Under the pieces are notes generated by a model. The model was not told the DNA's origin, did no database searches, and saw only the letters and a list, made by a program, of their open reading frames with translations. Of a stretch of DNA of 64,000 nt, positions 45,773 through 58,699 are shown piece after piece. Position numbers and translations under genes: made by a program. Source of the DNA: Cladosporium halotolerans. Taxonomy: Eukaryota. The stretch is taken from the NCBI RefSeq assembly GCF_011745625.1, contig NW_027191468.1, positions 310,001-374,000 on the forward strand, in the 5' to 3' direction. Every line of letters begins with the position of its first letter. The first letter of the stretch is position 1.

Positions 45773-46979
45773 ATGAAGCTCATCACTGCGGCGCTGCTGT
45801 CAGCGCTCAGCTGCTACACGGAATTGGCTGCTGCTGCGACAGGCTACGTCCTCACTCACAACCCATCAACATCACCCCAGGATCAGCCGTCCCACCAACG
45901 ACGAACCCTCTCCCCGGAGACGGCAAGGCTGGTACTTGCACAAAGAGCGGGCGTTGAGGACTACCACATTGAGAAGGCTCTCACCAGTGAGGAGATCGAG
46001 GCAATCAACGACTACGGCTACAGCACACACTTGTTCCACGAAGACCGCTATGACCATGCGCGCCTTTTCGTCCTGACCTTCGCAGAGGAAGGCGATGCTG
46101 AAGGTATGTTGCTGCAGTGCCTCAAGTAATATGATCCTCGCAGTGTACTAACAATGTTCTCCAGCTCTCGCGCAAAAGTACAGCTCCTTCGCTGTCTCCC
46201 CTGCCCCCTCCGCACCCGAGACCAAGTCAATGTTCCAGGATCTGTCTGTCCAAAGTGGAGAACCCTACAACACTTGGGAAGAGGCTATGGAGCATATGCG
46301 CGGCGCCACCGACATCCGAGAGATGATTATTGGCGACAAGCCTTTCATCCTCGGCCTGCCCATTGAGCGCATCGAGTTCCTTCTGGAGCAGAAGCTCGGA
46401 GGTCCCATGACCGTCCTCTTGATGCCTCTCACAGGCGCCGACAAGACCCACTGGGGTAGCTACAGCATGCCCAACACCGAGTTCCCCCTCAAGAAACGCC
46501 AGGCCGAGAAGCCCCTCTCCGAAGTCTTCGAGACCGCGTCCAAGGTCGCCGAGGCTGCGCCCATGTCCACTCCTCTCACTACTTTCGCCGACCAGAGCTC
46601 CCCTCTCCCCGGAATTCTGCCTGCCTGCTTCCGCTCACAGGCCGACTGCGAGACCATGACGCGCAACTGCACCGGCCACGGCAAGTGCCGTAAGCTTTAT
46701 CACGACCGCGACGCAGCCAAGGGCCAGAAGGGCGACTGCTACAGCTGCCAGTGCTCTGCCACTAAGGAGGACCGCGGCGAAGGCAAGGTCAAGACGACCT
46801 CCTGGGGCGGACCCGCTTGCCAGAAGAAGGACGTCAGCATCGATTTCTGGCTCATCACGCTCTTCTCTGTTGGTCTCATCTTCCTTGTTAGCTTCGCTGT
46901 GGGCAACCTTGTGTCTATGGGCGGCGAGGAGCTGCCCAGCGTCATTGGCGCTGGTGTCAGCGGACCTGTTAGGAAGTAG
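45773..46979 (+). CDS. DUF3844/Vps3844-type single-pass membrane protein; 2 exons
   Basis: Signal peptide, LSPETARLVLAQRAG, Cys-rich C.S...C...TRNCTGHGKC...CYSCQC...WGGPACQKKDVS, a TM helix and C-terminal EELPSVIGAGVSG. Intron at ~46103-46165. Confidence 0.88.
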
Positions 46980-47594
46980 GAGAGAATCTGACCACGATGA
47001 TGAGATGGGAAGAGAGGCTAGACGGGATATCCGAGCAAGGCATTTGCGAAGGCGTTAGACGGAGCGGCTGTCGACAACTTGTATTTTATACGCGCTACAG
47101 GTGCCTTGAATTCCAATTTTGTACAAACATGTTCTGCTTTTGCTTACCACGTTCTACTTCCGTCAAACCTATGATAAACGCGCTGTTGTTCACTTAGAGG
47201 GGCTGCTGGTACGTGACATTCTTGGAGGACAACGAAGGACGCAAGCCATAGCTCTTCGTGCCAATCGACGTAACCCCATCTTTCCCAGCTTACTTGCTAT
47301 TAGGTCACGCCACCAGCTGGACGTAAGATACCAAGAGCCGTGGCAAAAAGTCACTCCGCTTGCTGCCTGGCCGAAGAACCCAATCAATACGCCTGCCACA
47401 TGAAGCTGCCTACGGTGAAGACACGATCTTGTGTGAAGTTAACAGCAGGAACACTTATGTAGCTTCGCATAGTCCGCCAGCCTGTTCTACTTGCTCGGAT
47501 CCAACCTTAGCATCTCCACAGCTTGCCACTTCTCGAGTCCGAGGCATCTTCCCGCGCTCGATCGAGTGTGAACGTTTCCAAAGAATACCTCCCC

Positions 47595-48108
47595 ATGGCC
47601 CCAAAAGACTACACCGGCGGCTGCCACTGCGGCCTCATCCGCTGGACAGCCCGCATCGACCTCGAAAACAACCCTACGGGCAAATGGTAATCAAACCCAA
47701 CACGCAAACTTCTTCCCCCCCCCCCCCCCAAATCATCAAACACACAAAAGGTTACTCGATCTCTAATACCCCATCCGCATCAGCAACTGCACCTCCTGCC
47801 TCAAAACCCGCGCCTGGGAGCTCCTCGTCGCCCCCTCGGACTTCGCCCTGCACCCGTCCAGCGACCCCGCCAACCTGACCGACTACACCTTCGGCAGCAA
47901 GCGGGTGCACCACCTGTTCTGCAAAACCTGCGGCGTGCGGTCCTTCGGGCGCGGCGACCTGCCCGGCTGGCTGGGGGAGTTTGTGGCGGTGAGCGTGGTT
48001 TGCTTGGAGGGCGTGAGCGATGCGGAGATGGCGGGGTTGGAGGTTGTGTTTAGGAATGGGAGGGAGGATAGGTATGGTGAGGAGCCGGCGGTGACGGGGC
48101 ATTTGTAG
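47595..48108 (+). CDS. GFA/CENP-V (Mss4-like) zinc-binding protein; 2 exons
   Basis: MAPKDYTGGCHCGLIRW...GKC|NCTSCLK...YTFGSKRVHHLFCKTCGVRSF. Intron at ~47687-47784. Confidence 0.9.
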
Positions 48109-48684
48109 GGGTTGGGGGTGGGGTTTGGGGTTTGGGGTCTTTTGAGGGAGGGAGGGAGATAGGGGTGCGTTGCTTTTGTTTGCGCGGGTTGTTGTTCGCT
48201 TTCGTTGCTGACTGATTGACGTGTGGAAGGGCTCCGCTTTCCTTACGACTGGGTGATTGGGAAATCGTCGTCGTTCGAACAGTTGGAAATGTCAAAATCG
48301 CTGTTCGATCAGAAAAGTGGATTGAGCGATGGCCGTATACCAATGCACTATCACGCCTGCCAAAAGCTAGGCGGTTTCCGCTCGCTCTCAAGATCCGGTT
48401 CGCAAAAGAAAATGACCAGCCGCGAGAAAAAACATAACAGAAAGGGGCCAGGGAAGCATATACAAAGCGCAACAGAGCGCAACAGCCAAACTTTTCCTTT
48501 TTTTCCCTCTGTGTGTGTTGTGTGCGTGTGTGTGAGTGTGGTCCATATCCATGTTCAACATCCACATCCCTTTTCCATCCCGTCCCAAACCCACGCTCCC
48601 CTAATAAACGAAACATCCGACCCTCCGGGGGACATAAAAAGAAAGAACAGACCCCCCGCAAACAAAATACAAAACCCCCAAACA

Positions 48685-50446
48685 TCACTCCGGCCTCAAC
48701 CCCGTCGCGTCCCCCCTCGCAACCCTCTCCAGAGTCATCGCGCTGATAACCGCAGCGCCCAAGCCCGACCCGTCCGCCGCAGCCGTCATGACGATCGGGT
48801 CCTCGTCCCTGGCCTCGTCCCAGTCGAAGACCTCCGCCATCGCCTGCGCCCAGCGCGCCTTGAAGCGCGCGTTGTTGTACACGAGGGGGTCGGCGGCGAC
48901 GTGGCCCGCGGAGATGTCCTTTTTGCGGCAGATGGCGCTGACGCCGGCGGTGCAGAGGCGGGCTCCGCGCGTGGCGACGAGGGCGGCGGCGCGGCGGACG
49001 AAGAGGCGTTCCGCGGCGGTGGGGGAGAGGGCGAGGAGGGTGGTGAAGGCGGCGTGCGTGGAGGTTAGGCTCGGGGAGGCGTCGTCTTCGATGTTGGCGA
49101 GGAAGCCGGTTTTGATTATGAAGGGCGTCAGGAGCTTTGAGGGGTCTTGGTTTTTGAAGAGGAGGCCGCGGGAGTGCAGGTCGACAAGGACTTGGCGGAA
49201 GATCTCGCCGAGGTACATGCCGGCGGACATTTTTTCGAAGGTTTGCTCGCCGGGGCGGGGGGATTCTTTGTCGATTGTTTTGTCGTAGGGTGTTCGTGGG
49301 AGGATGCGCCGGTCGTTGTCGAAGGCGCCGTATTCGCAGTTGATGGCCATGGGGAGGTTCTCGGGCAGGCCGCCGAGCTTGGCGATCGAGCCGCAGTTTT
49401 CCATGTAGGAGGCGTTGCAGCCTGTGCCGAAGATGGCGCCCATTATTGTTTTGGGGTCGCTGTATGCTGAGGCGATCATGGCTCCGACTGTGTCGTTGAT
49501 GAGCGCGACGATCTGGATTGGTAAGCCCTGGGATTTGTTAGCATCTTGGGTTGGGACTGGTTGAGGACCTTCAAACAACTGACTCGTTTGTGTAAGGCCT
49601 GCCGTAATTGGTCTGCAACGTCATGACCTTCTACACCTTTGATGTCGAAACCTTTCGTCCACGTCTGCAATACACCCTGGTCGATGTATTCTTGTGTGGC
49701 GGGATATGAGAATGTGAAGCCCAGAGGAATGACGGTGCCTTCTTCGGGCTCGATATGTCGTTTCGTCATGAAGTCTTCCATGGATTCGGCCAGGAAGCTC
49801 CATAATTGGTCGGCCGTGCCGACCTTGTAGTCTTTGGGGATGTGGTAGATTTCTTGGTCGGATTGGTTTTCGCCTTTGCCTTCGTTAAGGGTGACCCAGC
49901 AAATCCGGAGTTTGGTGCCGCCAAGGTCTATTGTGAGGTACTCGCCACATTCGTGGCCTGAAGGGAAGCCAAGCACCCATGTCGGAAGCATAGGCTGCGT
50001 GAGACGTTAGTGCAAGTCACAACGACGACGATCGAGACGGATGCATTACCAGATTGCCGCCTTCGGATTCGAGACCTAATCGAGGTTAGCCGACGGTGGT
50101 CGAAAGGCAGCACGATACATCGAATGCGATGCGATGCAGTGCTGCAAGGACAGAGAGACGTTACTGGGTAGGAGACAGCGCGATACACGCGAGAGACCCT
50201 GACGCAGTTCATGTTCGAACTGCAGGCTGACCTCTTTGAGCTTGGCGGCGTCGACGGTGAACATGTGCTCCAGCTTCCGCAGCTCCCGGTCAAGCTCGGG
50301 CGAAAGAGCAGTCAAGTCGTCTGTACTGGCGCAGGTCAGTCGCATGAGGTACACGCCGTGATCACAACGGAGGGTGGCTGACCGTAATGCGCATCTTCGC
50401 GCTTCGAGTCGCGGCGCTTGTCGTCGTCCAGCGGCATGGCGGGCAT
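48685..50446 (-). CDS. Hexokinase-family protein; ~5 exons
   Basis: GGNL|PMLPTWV, TIDLGGTKLRI, PLGFTFSYP, QTWTKGF, INDTVG, IFGTGCNA, INCEYGAFDN, FEKMSAGMYLGE and DGSGLGAA. First exon is MPAMPLDDDKRR... from ATG 50446 or 50437. Confidence 0.92.
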
Positions 50447-52879
50447 GGTGTAGGCGGGCAAGCGGCTAGTGTGCAGGCTGGTGGGAGCAAGTGGGGAATA
50501 CAGACGAGGGTGTCATCAGAAGGCGGAGGCGGCGGAGGAGATGTACAGTCGCAGGTGGCGCGTGGCGTTGGAGGAGTCGTGTGCTATGTTTCCAGGCGCT
50601 TCCTCCCTCGGAGCGCAGGCAAAGGCAAAGGCAAAGGATCAGATGAGGCGTCGCGGGCCCTGCTGGGTCGAGGGCCGGCCTGCTGGTGCGGCGTGTGGGC
50701 GAGCGCGCGAGACACACGGCGCCGGCTGCGGGCAGTGAGTCGGCGTCTGCTGCCTCGGCGCCGCGCACGTGGTAAGAGTGGTATAGCTGCGGCACGCCGG
50801 AGCCGAGGACGAATGGGAGGGGCAATTAGTAAGGAGCGGTACGGCAAGGCAGTGAGGCGAGGGCGCGGGCGGACGAAGGTACGCTGCGAGAGGAGTGGTG
50901 TGTCGGTCGGAGCGGCGGAGTCTGAACAATGAATGGCAGGGCACGAGTCGCAGATTACTGAGCAAGCAGGCAAGCAAGCAAGCAAGCATGGCGATGCGGC
51001 GGCGGGCTCGTCGACCGGCGCGGCCGCGCTAGAAACCATCGAAGGCCGCTCGCGCGCTTCTGTCCCTCTTCTCTTCGCGTCGGCTCGGCAGCGCCGGCGG
51101 AACTTCGCTTGCTCTGTCACGCTCTGTCACGCTACCGCCGCGCGCACGCGGTTTGCCCATGGAGAGCGCGCAGGCCTTGGCGCCACACCAATCCTTCCGC
51201 GGGCCATCGAAGAAATACCCAGATCATGTGCAGTAGCCGAGTAGGTACTGTTGCTGATGCTCCTCATGGACACGTGACACAATATGTGCTAGGCCAGTCG
51301 CTGTTCTCGCTCATCCAGCCATCCTCCACTCCTAAAATGCCTTCTACTTCTCACACTTCAAACGATACTCCTCACCTCTCCACCAAGCAACGGCTATTCC
51401 TGCCACTGTCTGACGCTTGAAGAGAGTTCAATCCTGCAAACAACCCGCCCCACTTGTGATGAGACTGCGGCCTCTGCGTCCTGCTCCAATTTCATGCATG
51501 CGCTCCAACTTCCCGCATGCTGCCCAAACTTTCACCACCGACACCGCAGGCCCATAGGCTCGCTACCCGTCTTTTTTCGCTCTTTCTTTCTTCGTTCCAC
51601 CCCTGGGCCGGGTCTGCACGATAATCATCTCTCCTCCGGCTGTGTCAACCGGCCGCGCTCGGACTTGCGTAGGTCCATGGCGCGGTCGCTACAGGAGATT
51701 GAAGGGTTTCGCCGCCGGAAGCCTTGACCAACAACGTGGCCGCCTCACGTGGGCGCAGCCCTACGCGCGGTCTGTCTTGCCGCTTGCTTCGGTCGGCGGC
51801 GTTATTACTGTAAACTTACCATGATCCTTCGATCACGGTTGTTTCCCACCGTACCGTGCATGCGTTTTCCGCTGCGCATGGCCCACCACGCGGAACTGCG
51901 TCGGAGGAAAGCGTCTTGACGCATATCGGACACCGGATATTACATCTGTGCTGACCATTGCAATTGCCATCGTTTCGAGCGGACGTGACGCTCACAGACC
52001 ACAGCGCTCTCGCGATTGCTTCTTTTCTTAGCAAAGACCTACTGAGACACAAGACCACCGTCACCTTCTACTACCATTCGGTGCGGTTACCCCGTCAGGA
52101 AATTCAACGCGTCGTACAACGTTGACTGCACAAGTTTCACAACAAACCTCTCTGTCGGGAGGAATTCGTCTTGGCGTTGACGTACGATTCCTGGACATCG
52201 AGGTTCCCCTGAGACGTTCGCACACGTCACATGCTCTGTTGACATCACTCAGCGGAGAGTCGTCGATGGTGAAGGATCTTTACCTGCGATCTTCATCTCA
52301 ATCGCATGGGTGTGAAACAATGTACGCTGCAGCATGACCGCAATGGTGCGAGTGTGACGATATTTGCCAGATTTCAAGCTATAGTACAGTATGTCCAAGG
52401 TGCATTCCTGAGCAAAAACAGCAAAAGAAATCTCGTCAGATGTTGAATATCGATAGTCTTCATCTCAACAATTGCCTGCAGATCACCAATTCCAAGCACA
52501 AGCATGACAAGCATCAATTCCGTACGCTTGCAGCCAGCCACTGCAGGAACACAAACGCGAGAAGCCAATGATCTCAACCAAGCCTGGACGACTCCACAAA
52601 ACCTCCAGACTTTAGCCTTCCTCGGAGAAGATCAGTGGATCGTGAGCTTTTCTTGGTTGAAATGACGCAGAAAGCGGGTATCGGCGAGACCCTTGCGCAC
52701 GCTTGTGTTGCTCCGGGAGAGACAACGCCTCTTGGATTAAAGAGGGTGGCTGCACGCTTGAAGAGCTCTGAACGTATCTACCAACCACCTCTTGAGGTAA
52801 ACCTGTGCTCTTCTCACGATCACGCATCTGATTTCTAGCAACATTGATCGGCACCCTTTGTTTATCCCGCCAAGCAACA

Positions 52880-53611
52880 ATGTACACCACAACCCTCCTC
52901 TCCCTCCTAGCCGGCAGCGCCCTCGCGGCCCCCACAGGCCATCTCTCCCGCAGACAAGAAGACTGCTCCTACTACCCCAACCAAAAAGACCAAGCATCCG
53001 GCACCTACATCCTGCGCGTCGAGCCCGTCGCGGCCTCCAACATCACTCTGACCAACAACTCCACCGCCGCCGCCACAAACGGCTCCCTCCCCCACCCCGA
53101 CAACACCAACACCACCGCCCTCGGCTACCTCGACGCCCTCAGCACCTCGCACGCCCTCCTCGCCCCCTCCCGCGCCTACGCAAGCGAAGCCTTCAACGCG
53201 CCCAACTGGAACACAAACCAGAAGCTCCTCTTCTGGCCCGGCAACAGCGACCAGGCCTACGAGCGCGGCTTCAACATCGACCCCTCCGCTCTCTCCGGCC
53301 CGTCCGACGTCGCGCCCGTCGTCTCGACGCCCGGCTGCGGCACGCCGCTGGTCGATTTAGTCGACGAGTCTGAGGAGAGGGGCGCGTGTGGCATGGCGGG
53401 GAGGAAGGTGAGGGCGCAGACGGGGTGTCCGGCTTGGGGGACGACGAACGGCGGGAACGACGAGTGTACGCTGCAGAAGTTTTTCGTCTGCGACAACACG
53501 GGGTTGCAGGGGATTTCGGACGAGCAGCAGGCGGTCTTTTACGGTGTTGCGGAGACGGCGGTGGCGGGCGAGAATTGTCAGGAGGTGCAGCTTGTTAGTG
53601 AGTGTCCTTGA
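52880..53611 (+). CDS. Small secreted protein (243 aa, 8 Cys) of unknown function
   Basis: MYTTTLLSLLAGSALAAP signal peptide, SRRQ Kex2-like site, N-glycosylation sequons, and C-terminal FFVC.....C.EVQL pattern. Codon bias looks coding. Confidence 0.82.
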   Translation: MYTTTLLSLLAGSALAAPTGHLSRRQEDCSYYPNQKDQASGTYILRVEPVAASNITLTNNSTAAATNGSLPHPDNTNTTALGYLDALSTSHALLAPSRAYASEAFNAPNWNTNQKLLFWPGNSDQAYERGFNIDPSALSGPSDVAPVVSTPGCGTPLVDLVDESEERGACGMAGRKVRAQTGCPAWGTTNGGNDECTLQKFFVCDNTGLQGISDEQQAVFYGVAETAVAGENCQEVQLVSECP

Positions 53612-53947
53612 ATGAGGTATGGCATGGGAAATGGGATGAATGACGGGACGGATGATTGGGAGGGAAGGGAAGGGAGAAATAATACGCTCACGACCGATAC
53701 GACTACACGATACAACACAACAACTACAAAACCGAAGCATGACACACAGCAGCATAGCATAGAACAGCACGAGAATAAAATAATACAAAGGGAGGGGCCG
53801 TGCGCTCCGGCCTATCCCGCCTGATAAAACTACACGCAGCCGTCCCCTTTCCAACCAACATACCCCTACCCTTCCAAACAGAACAGAACAGAGCAAAAAC
53901 CCTACAATCACCTACCTCCCCTCTCCAAACCCAAGAACTAAACGATC

Positions 53948-56900
53948 CTACAACCACCCAATCCCCCCACCCCCCAAAATCTCCAAATCGCTCCTCAAAA
54001 CCCACCCATCCCCCCCAGCGCGCCCCAGCACCTCCGCCCGCCTCACAGCCCCCAGCTCCCCAACCCTCAGTACAAGACTCCCGTCCACGACACCCCTGGC
54101 GCCAAAACCCTCGGATTCCACAGCGCGGTAAGCGCGCGGGTTCAAGCCCGCGGCGTGCTCGAGCGCGGCGCCGAGGTGCGCTTCGAGCGCGCTGAGGCGG
54201 CGGTAGCTGGGCTCGTCGAGGGGGGTTAGGAGGCCGATGGAGCCCGTGAGGGTCGTGGTGAGGACGTGGTAGAGGGGGGTTTGCTGCGCGGAGGCGGGGT
54301 CCGGGGAGGAGTCCGGGAGGGGCTGGGCGGCGAAGGGGGCGAGGGTGGAGGGCACGAGGGTCATGGAGGTGGGGTGGTGGCCGAGGTGGAAGGTGCTGCG
54401 GTGGAGGAGGCGGGAGCCGGAGAGGGACTTGGGGTTCTCCGGGTCATATTGCAGCACGTGCAGGTCAGCGTGGGCGTCGGCGGCGAGGATGTAGAGGTGT
54501 CCGGCGTCGGCAGGAAGGAACTCCGCGCAGGCGACTTCGAGGTGCGAGCGGGATTTGCCGAGCACGGTGAGCTTGTAGGGTTCCTCGGTGAAGGCGCCGA
54601 ACCACAGACCTTTCCAGACGTCGGCGCCGAGCCAGAGGCCGGTCTGCGAGAGGGTCTTGAGGCTGGTCATTTGGCACTGGGCGTCAAGGAAGGCGACGGG
54701 CAGGCAGGAGCCGTCTTCCTTGAGGCCGCGGACCATGAGCTTTTGGCCCTGCGCGGTGCCGATGAGGCCGCCGAGGAAGGGCTCGATGGCGGTGACGGAG
54801 CCGCGGGGCTCTTCGCGGGAGAGGACATGGAGTTTGACGCCGGTTTCGGCGTCGTCGGGTTCGGGGACGACGTCGAGGATTTCGAAGACGGTCAGGGCGC
54901 CTTTGGCGGGCATGTCTTCGCCGCGGAGTTGGGCGGAGCCGACGACGACGAGGGACTTTTGCTCGTGGGTGAGTTCTGATGCTTCGAGCTGCATGACTTT
55001 AAGGGTGGTGATGGTTTCCGTGTAAGGCATTTCTACTGAATGCAGGATGCGTCGTGACTTTGCTGATAGCAGGTGCAGAGTGTATTGTGGGACTTGAGGG
55101 CGGACGGCGATATCTGTCTTGTGTTAGCAAGAGCGTTGCGTGAAAGTGCTGACATGAGTGCATGTCTCTTCTAGATTAATAAAGTCACGCCCAATCGAGC
55201 TGTCGTACGACAACTGATTGAGAAGGGACTGTTGATCTTGCACCAACTATAGACGTCTCTCCATGTGAAGTCGAAGTAGACGTATATGCTCGTGGCGCGA
55301 ACGAGTCAAGGAGAGAGAATGGAGACTTACCGTCCTGCTCGGGATGCCGACCGTCTTCTTCCACAAACATGAAGTCGACTAGCCGGCATGTTGCAACAAT
55401 GTACAAACCCCTGCCGTCGTGGTAGGAGATCTGTCGCACTTCCTCAACAGGGTCGCCCAGCGGCATTTTTCGAACTGACCATCCCGTGCCAAACCACACG
55501 TCTGTCGGAATCTTGCACTCTTGCAGATTGCCATCAATGTCGAGGACAGCGAAGCCCCGGTTACATGTAGACACATGCAAGGGCGATATGGCCCGGCACT
55601 TCTGTAGACGCAGAGGGACGATCCGTGGCAGAGAAGTCGCGTGCTTTGTAATGAGACTAGGCGCGCTTCCTGAGACGGATACGACGTTGTATCCTGCGAG
55701 ATTTATTGACCTCAAGGGCGCCAGGCGAGAGGCTTCTTCGTGTGTCGACTCGTACCTCGGTACGTACGTGTTGGGCACTTTCCTGAAGCGCAAATTATTG
55801 TGCCAGTCGCTGGATGAAGGCTTCGTGGGGAAATAGAAAGGGTCGTAAATCGTGAAAGTGTCAGTGGCGTTCCTGAGAATCAGGTAGGGATCGCTAGCAT
55901 CTGTAGGCCCGATGTCGGCCACAATGAGCTCGGTCAAAGTTTCCCTTGCGCCTACGCGACGTTGAGTGCTGTCTGTCGATAGGATGGGGGGTAGGTGGGA
56001 CAAGTTCAGTGCCGTGAAGATGGGCTTCAGCTCTGGCAGAGAAAAAGCATGCAGATTGCCATCCTCCCGCAACAAGAACACTGAGGCTTGCTGTTGTGTG
56101 AGACGGCCATTGTAGATGCAACCACTCAGCCATCGAGACTCTTTCAAAGTAGCGTCTTCAGTCTCAAGAGGCTCAACATCGCCATTTTTCTCGACTTTTA
56201 GAACCTGTATGCTGCTGTCGTCCCGGAGAACTAGCAAGTAAGGATCGCAGAACGATGTATGAGCGATTTTCAACTCGGCTTCCGATTCTTCGTCAATCAT
56301 GGGAATGATTTGACTCAGCCCTAGGTTTGCGTCGTATGTCCGTACTTCATGCTCCCTGCACTGGACGACACGTGTGCGATTGGCAAGAGTGCCGATATCG
56401 ATGGTCTCTCCTTCCTGCTCGAACTCGGTGTCTGTTCGCTCGACGTACGGGCCGCTTATCGCATCTTCGTCTTCTTTTTGACCTTCGGTCTCAGGTCGAG
56501 CGTAAGCCTTGGTCGATTCGCCATTATAGACGAAGAGGTAGTTGTCATGCAAGTCCTCGGAAGCTGAGGGCTCCCTTGCAGCACCAATGCTCCAAACACT
56601 CTTGGCACCATCGATTGCGTTCTCGCGACCAAACTCAGGAATGAGCTGCTTGTTCAAGAAAGCAAGGCGGCTTCCTCTGTCACGCCCCACAGATGCAACT
56701 GCGTCAAGTCCGTTTTGATTGGATTCTGCCGGCTTGCCAAAGCAAAAGTTATTGATCGGCCCCAAAGAGGGTAGTCGGTCGACTTCGCGGAATCGATACG
56801 ATGAGACTGGCTGGGCGGCAGCTGCTGCCGCGGCAGACTGTGATTTCTGAGCCGCTGCGGGAGCTGTTCCGTAGAGGTCGTCCTCTTCCACATCGTTGTC

Positions 56901-58262
56901 CTGATCCTCCGAATCCGCGTCTTCGTTGTCTTGAGCCATTTGAGCATAAGATCGCTTACGACTGATTGCAGTCGTCGGGTTGTTGCTTCGGAGCAATACC
57001 GAATCGCCGAGGTCACTTCCAACAAAGAATTCGCCAGACTGGAACGAGGCCACGCATGAGGGTGCAGACTCTGGGGAGTCGCCGCCGTTCCCTGTAGCGA
57101 CCTTGACGACCTGCATACCGCCCACATTACGGCCTTGCATAGTGAAACGCAAAATGGCAAGGGTTCCATCGCGCAAAACAACAAGCAGGTCGCCCGCGGA
57201 GTTGTTCAGTGGCTCGATCTCGCAGTCTTCCAGCTTCAGACCGAGACTTGATTGGTCTGCCATCGCGTAATCGCTGCCTTTGCTGGCAAATTCGTTGACC
57301 GCGATGGCGGTGGTCTTGCCGCTCTGATCAACGTGAACGAACTCGTTGGTGCCGACCAATAACGCACCACCGACCGGCAGCGAAAGCGGAACAACCTTCC
57401 AAAGATCGGATGGGAGGCCCTGCACGGCTACAAGAACGGTCGAAGCCCGTTGTTCCAGATCCAAGGTGCCAACGGTGTATGTCATGATATCCTTGCGCAG
57501 ATCCAGAAGAGCACTCGAAGTCTGTGAGGCGGAAGCTAAAATGCCTAGGGTAGGTTCACGGTACTCGTAGAGAAAAGCAAGATCCACGGGGTGTGTCAGA
57601 TTCGGTGCCACTTGGGTCAATGTAGAGACGAAGGACGCTTTGTACGGAGTCTGCACAGATTCGCCGTTGACCAGAGTCTGCTGCGCCTGCCGCTTATCCT
57701 CATTGTCCGCTTCCACTTCCAGCTCCGCAAGGTCGTCTCCCTGTTGTCGAAAGGGCAGTATGGCCAGGTGGCGCTGGCCAAATTGAAGTGCAGCGCATCT
57801 TGAACTTGGATCCACCGTCAGGATGCTAGCAGTGTCTCTGAGAGACGGGCCAAATGGCTGGGCAGGGATGTTTTCGCCTTCGTAGTAGTGAATGGAGATG
57901 GTATTGATGCGGTGGTTCTCAGGATCCCAGTCGATCAGCGATAGTTTCGCATCCCTGCTCGCAATAAGGATCGCGTCGCCTCCAGACTTCCCATTGAGTA
58001 TTTTGACACGCTTCAGTGCAGTCACTGTCCCCGACAATGTGTATTCTCCCACGAGGCTCAACTTGCGCTCGGTGCCCTCGTCTGTCTCGTCTTCATCTGC
58101 TGCGCCATTCGCTGTCGCATTCGGTAGCGCGCTTCGCAACCTGAAGACCTGGAGAAGAGAGGTCTTCGCGACTATGAGGTTCTCTTCATCCGGCGCAAGA
58201 AAGGGCAAAGTGATCGCATGGGAAACGGCCGTAGGGGGAATGAGCTCCGTGTAGCACTGCAT
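53948..58262 (-). CDS. CFT1: Cleavage and polyadenylation factor subunit Cft1/CPSF160. Exons 58262-55331 and 55113-53948.
   Basis: MQCYTELIPPTAV, DAKLSLIDWDP...TISIHYYE, VDPSSRCAAL, FLYEYREPTLGIL and EDGSCLPVAFLD...LHVLQYDPENPKSLSGSRLL...AGLNPRAYR. The GTAAGT...CTAAC...ACAG intron joins in frame. Confidence 0.96.
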
Positions 58263-58699
58263 TGTCGCGGTGTTGGAGCCGATAGGTCATTCACTCCATA
58301 ATCTCACTTGCGTGGCAACTGAGTCTCTTTCTGAGCTCTGGTCAGTGGACAGCAAAGGAATGGCGCGTATTGATTGAACCTCACAGCCAGCGCAACGCGA
58401 CTCTCCAAATGTTCGAAGCTGAAGCTCAAGCTCAAGGGTGCGGCATGCTTCCGTCCGCCGGCCAGCCGTCCTCGCCGCCCCTCCTCAGCCGCACACCAGC
58501 CACAGGCGGCAGGAAGCAAGCGCCACGGCGTCATGATGGGCACGTCTCGAGCTTGCCTGCTTTCCTGTTTCGACGCGAGTGGTGTCTGATGAGGTCTGCT
58601 TCACTATTCACCAACATCCCGTCTTCGAGGGATACACTGCCTACCGGACAGGCACTTTTTCCTGGCCCGCTGCAGCTTCTGTTCTGACATTGTGCCACC

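Noticed and set aside
48505..48545. GT/CA and GCAA microsatellites (also ~33990-34025 and ~50960-50988)
   Set aside because: Short, imperfect simple repeats; ordinary, and not CRISPR-like or telomeric.
50076..50197. Hexokinase intron with a weak donor (GTCTCT, or the nearby in-phase GTGTAT)
   Set aside because: Both donors keep the frame; cannot be resolved without cDNA and no clear functional implication.
52374..52577. Hydrophobic 67-aa minus-strand ORF
   Set aside because: No convincing start, splice partner or family motif.
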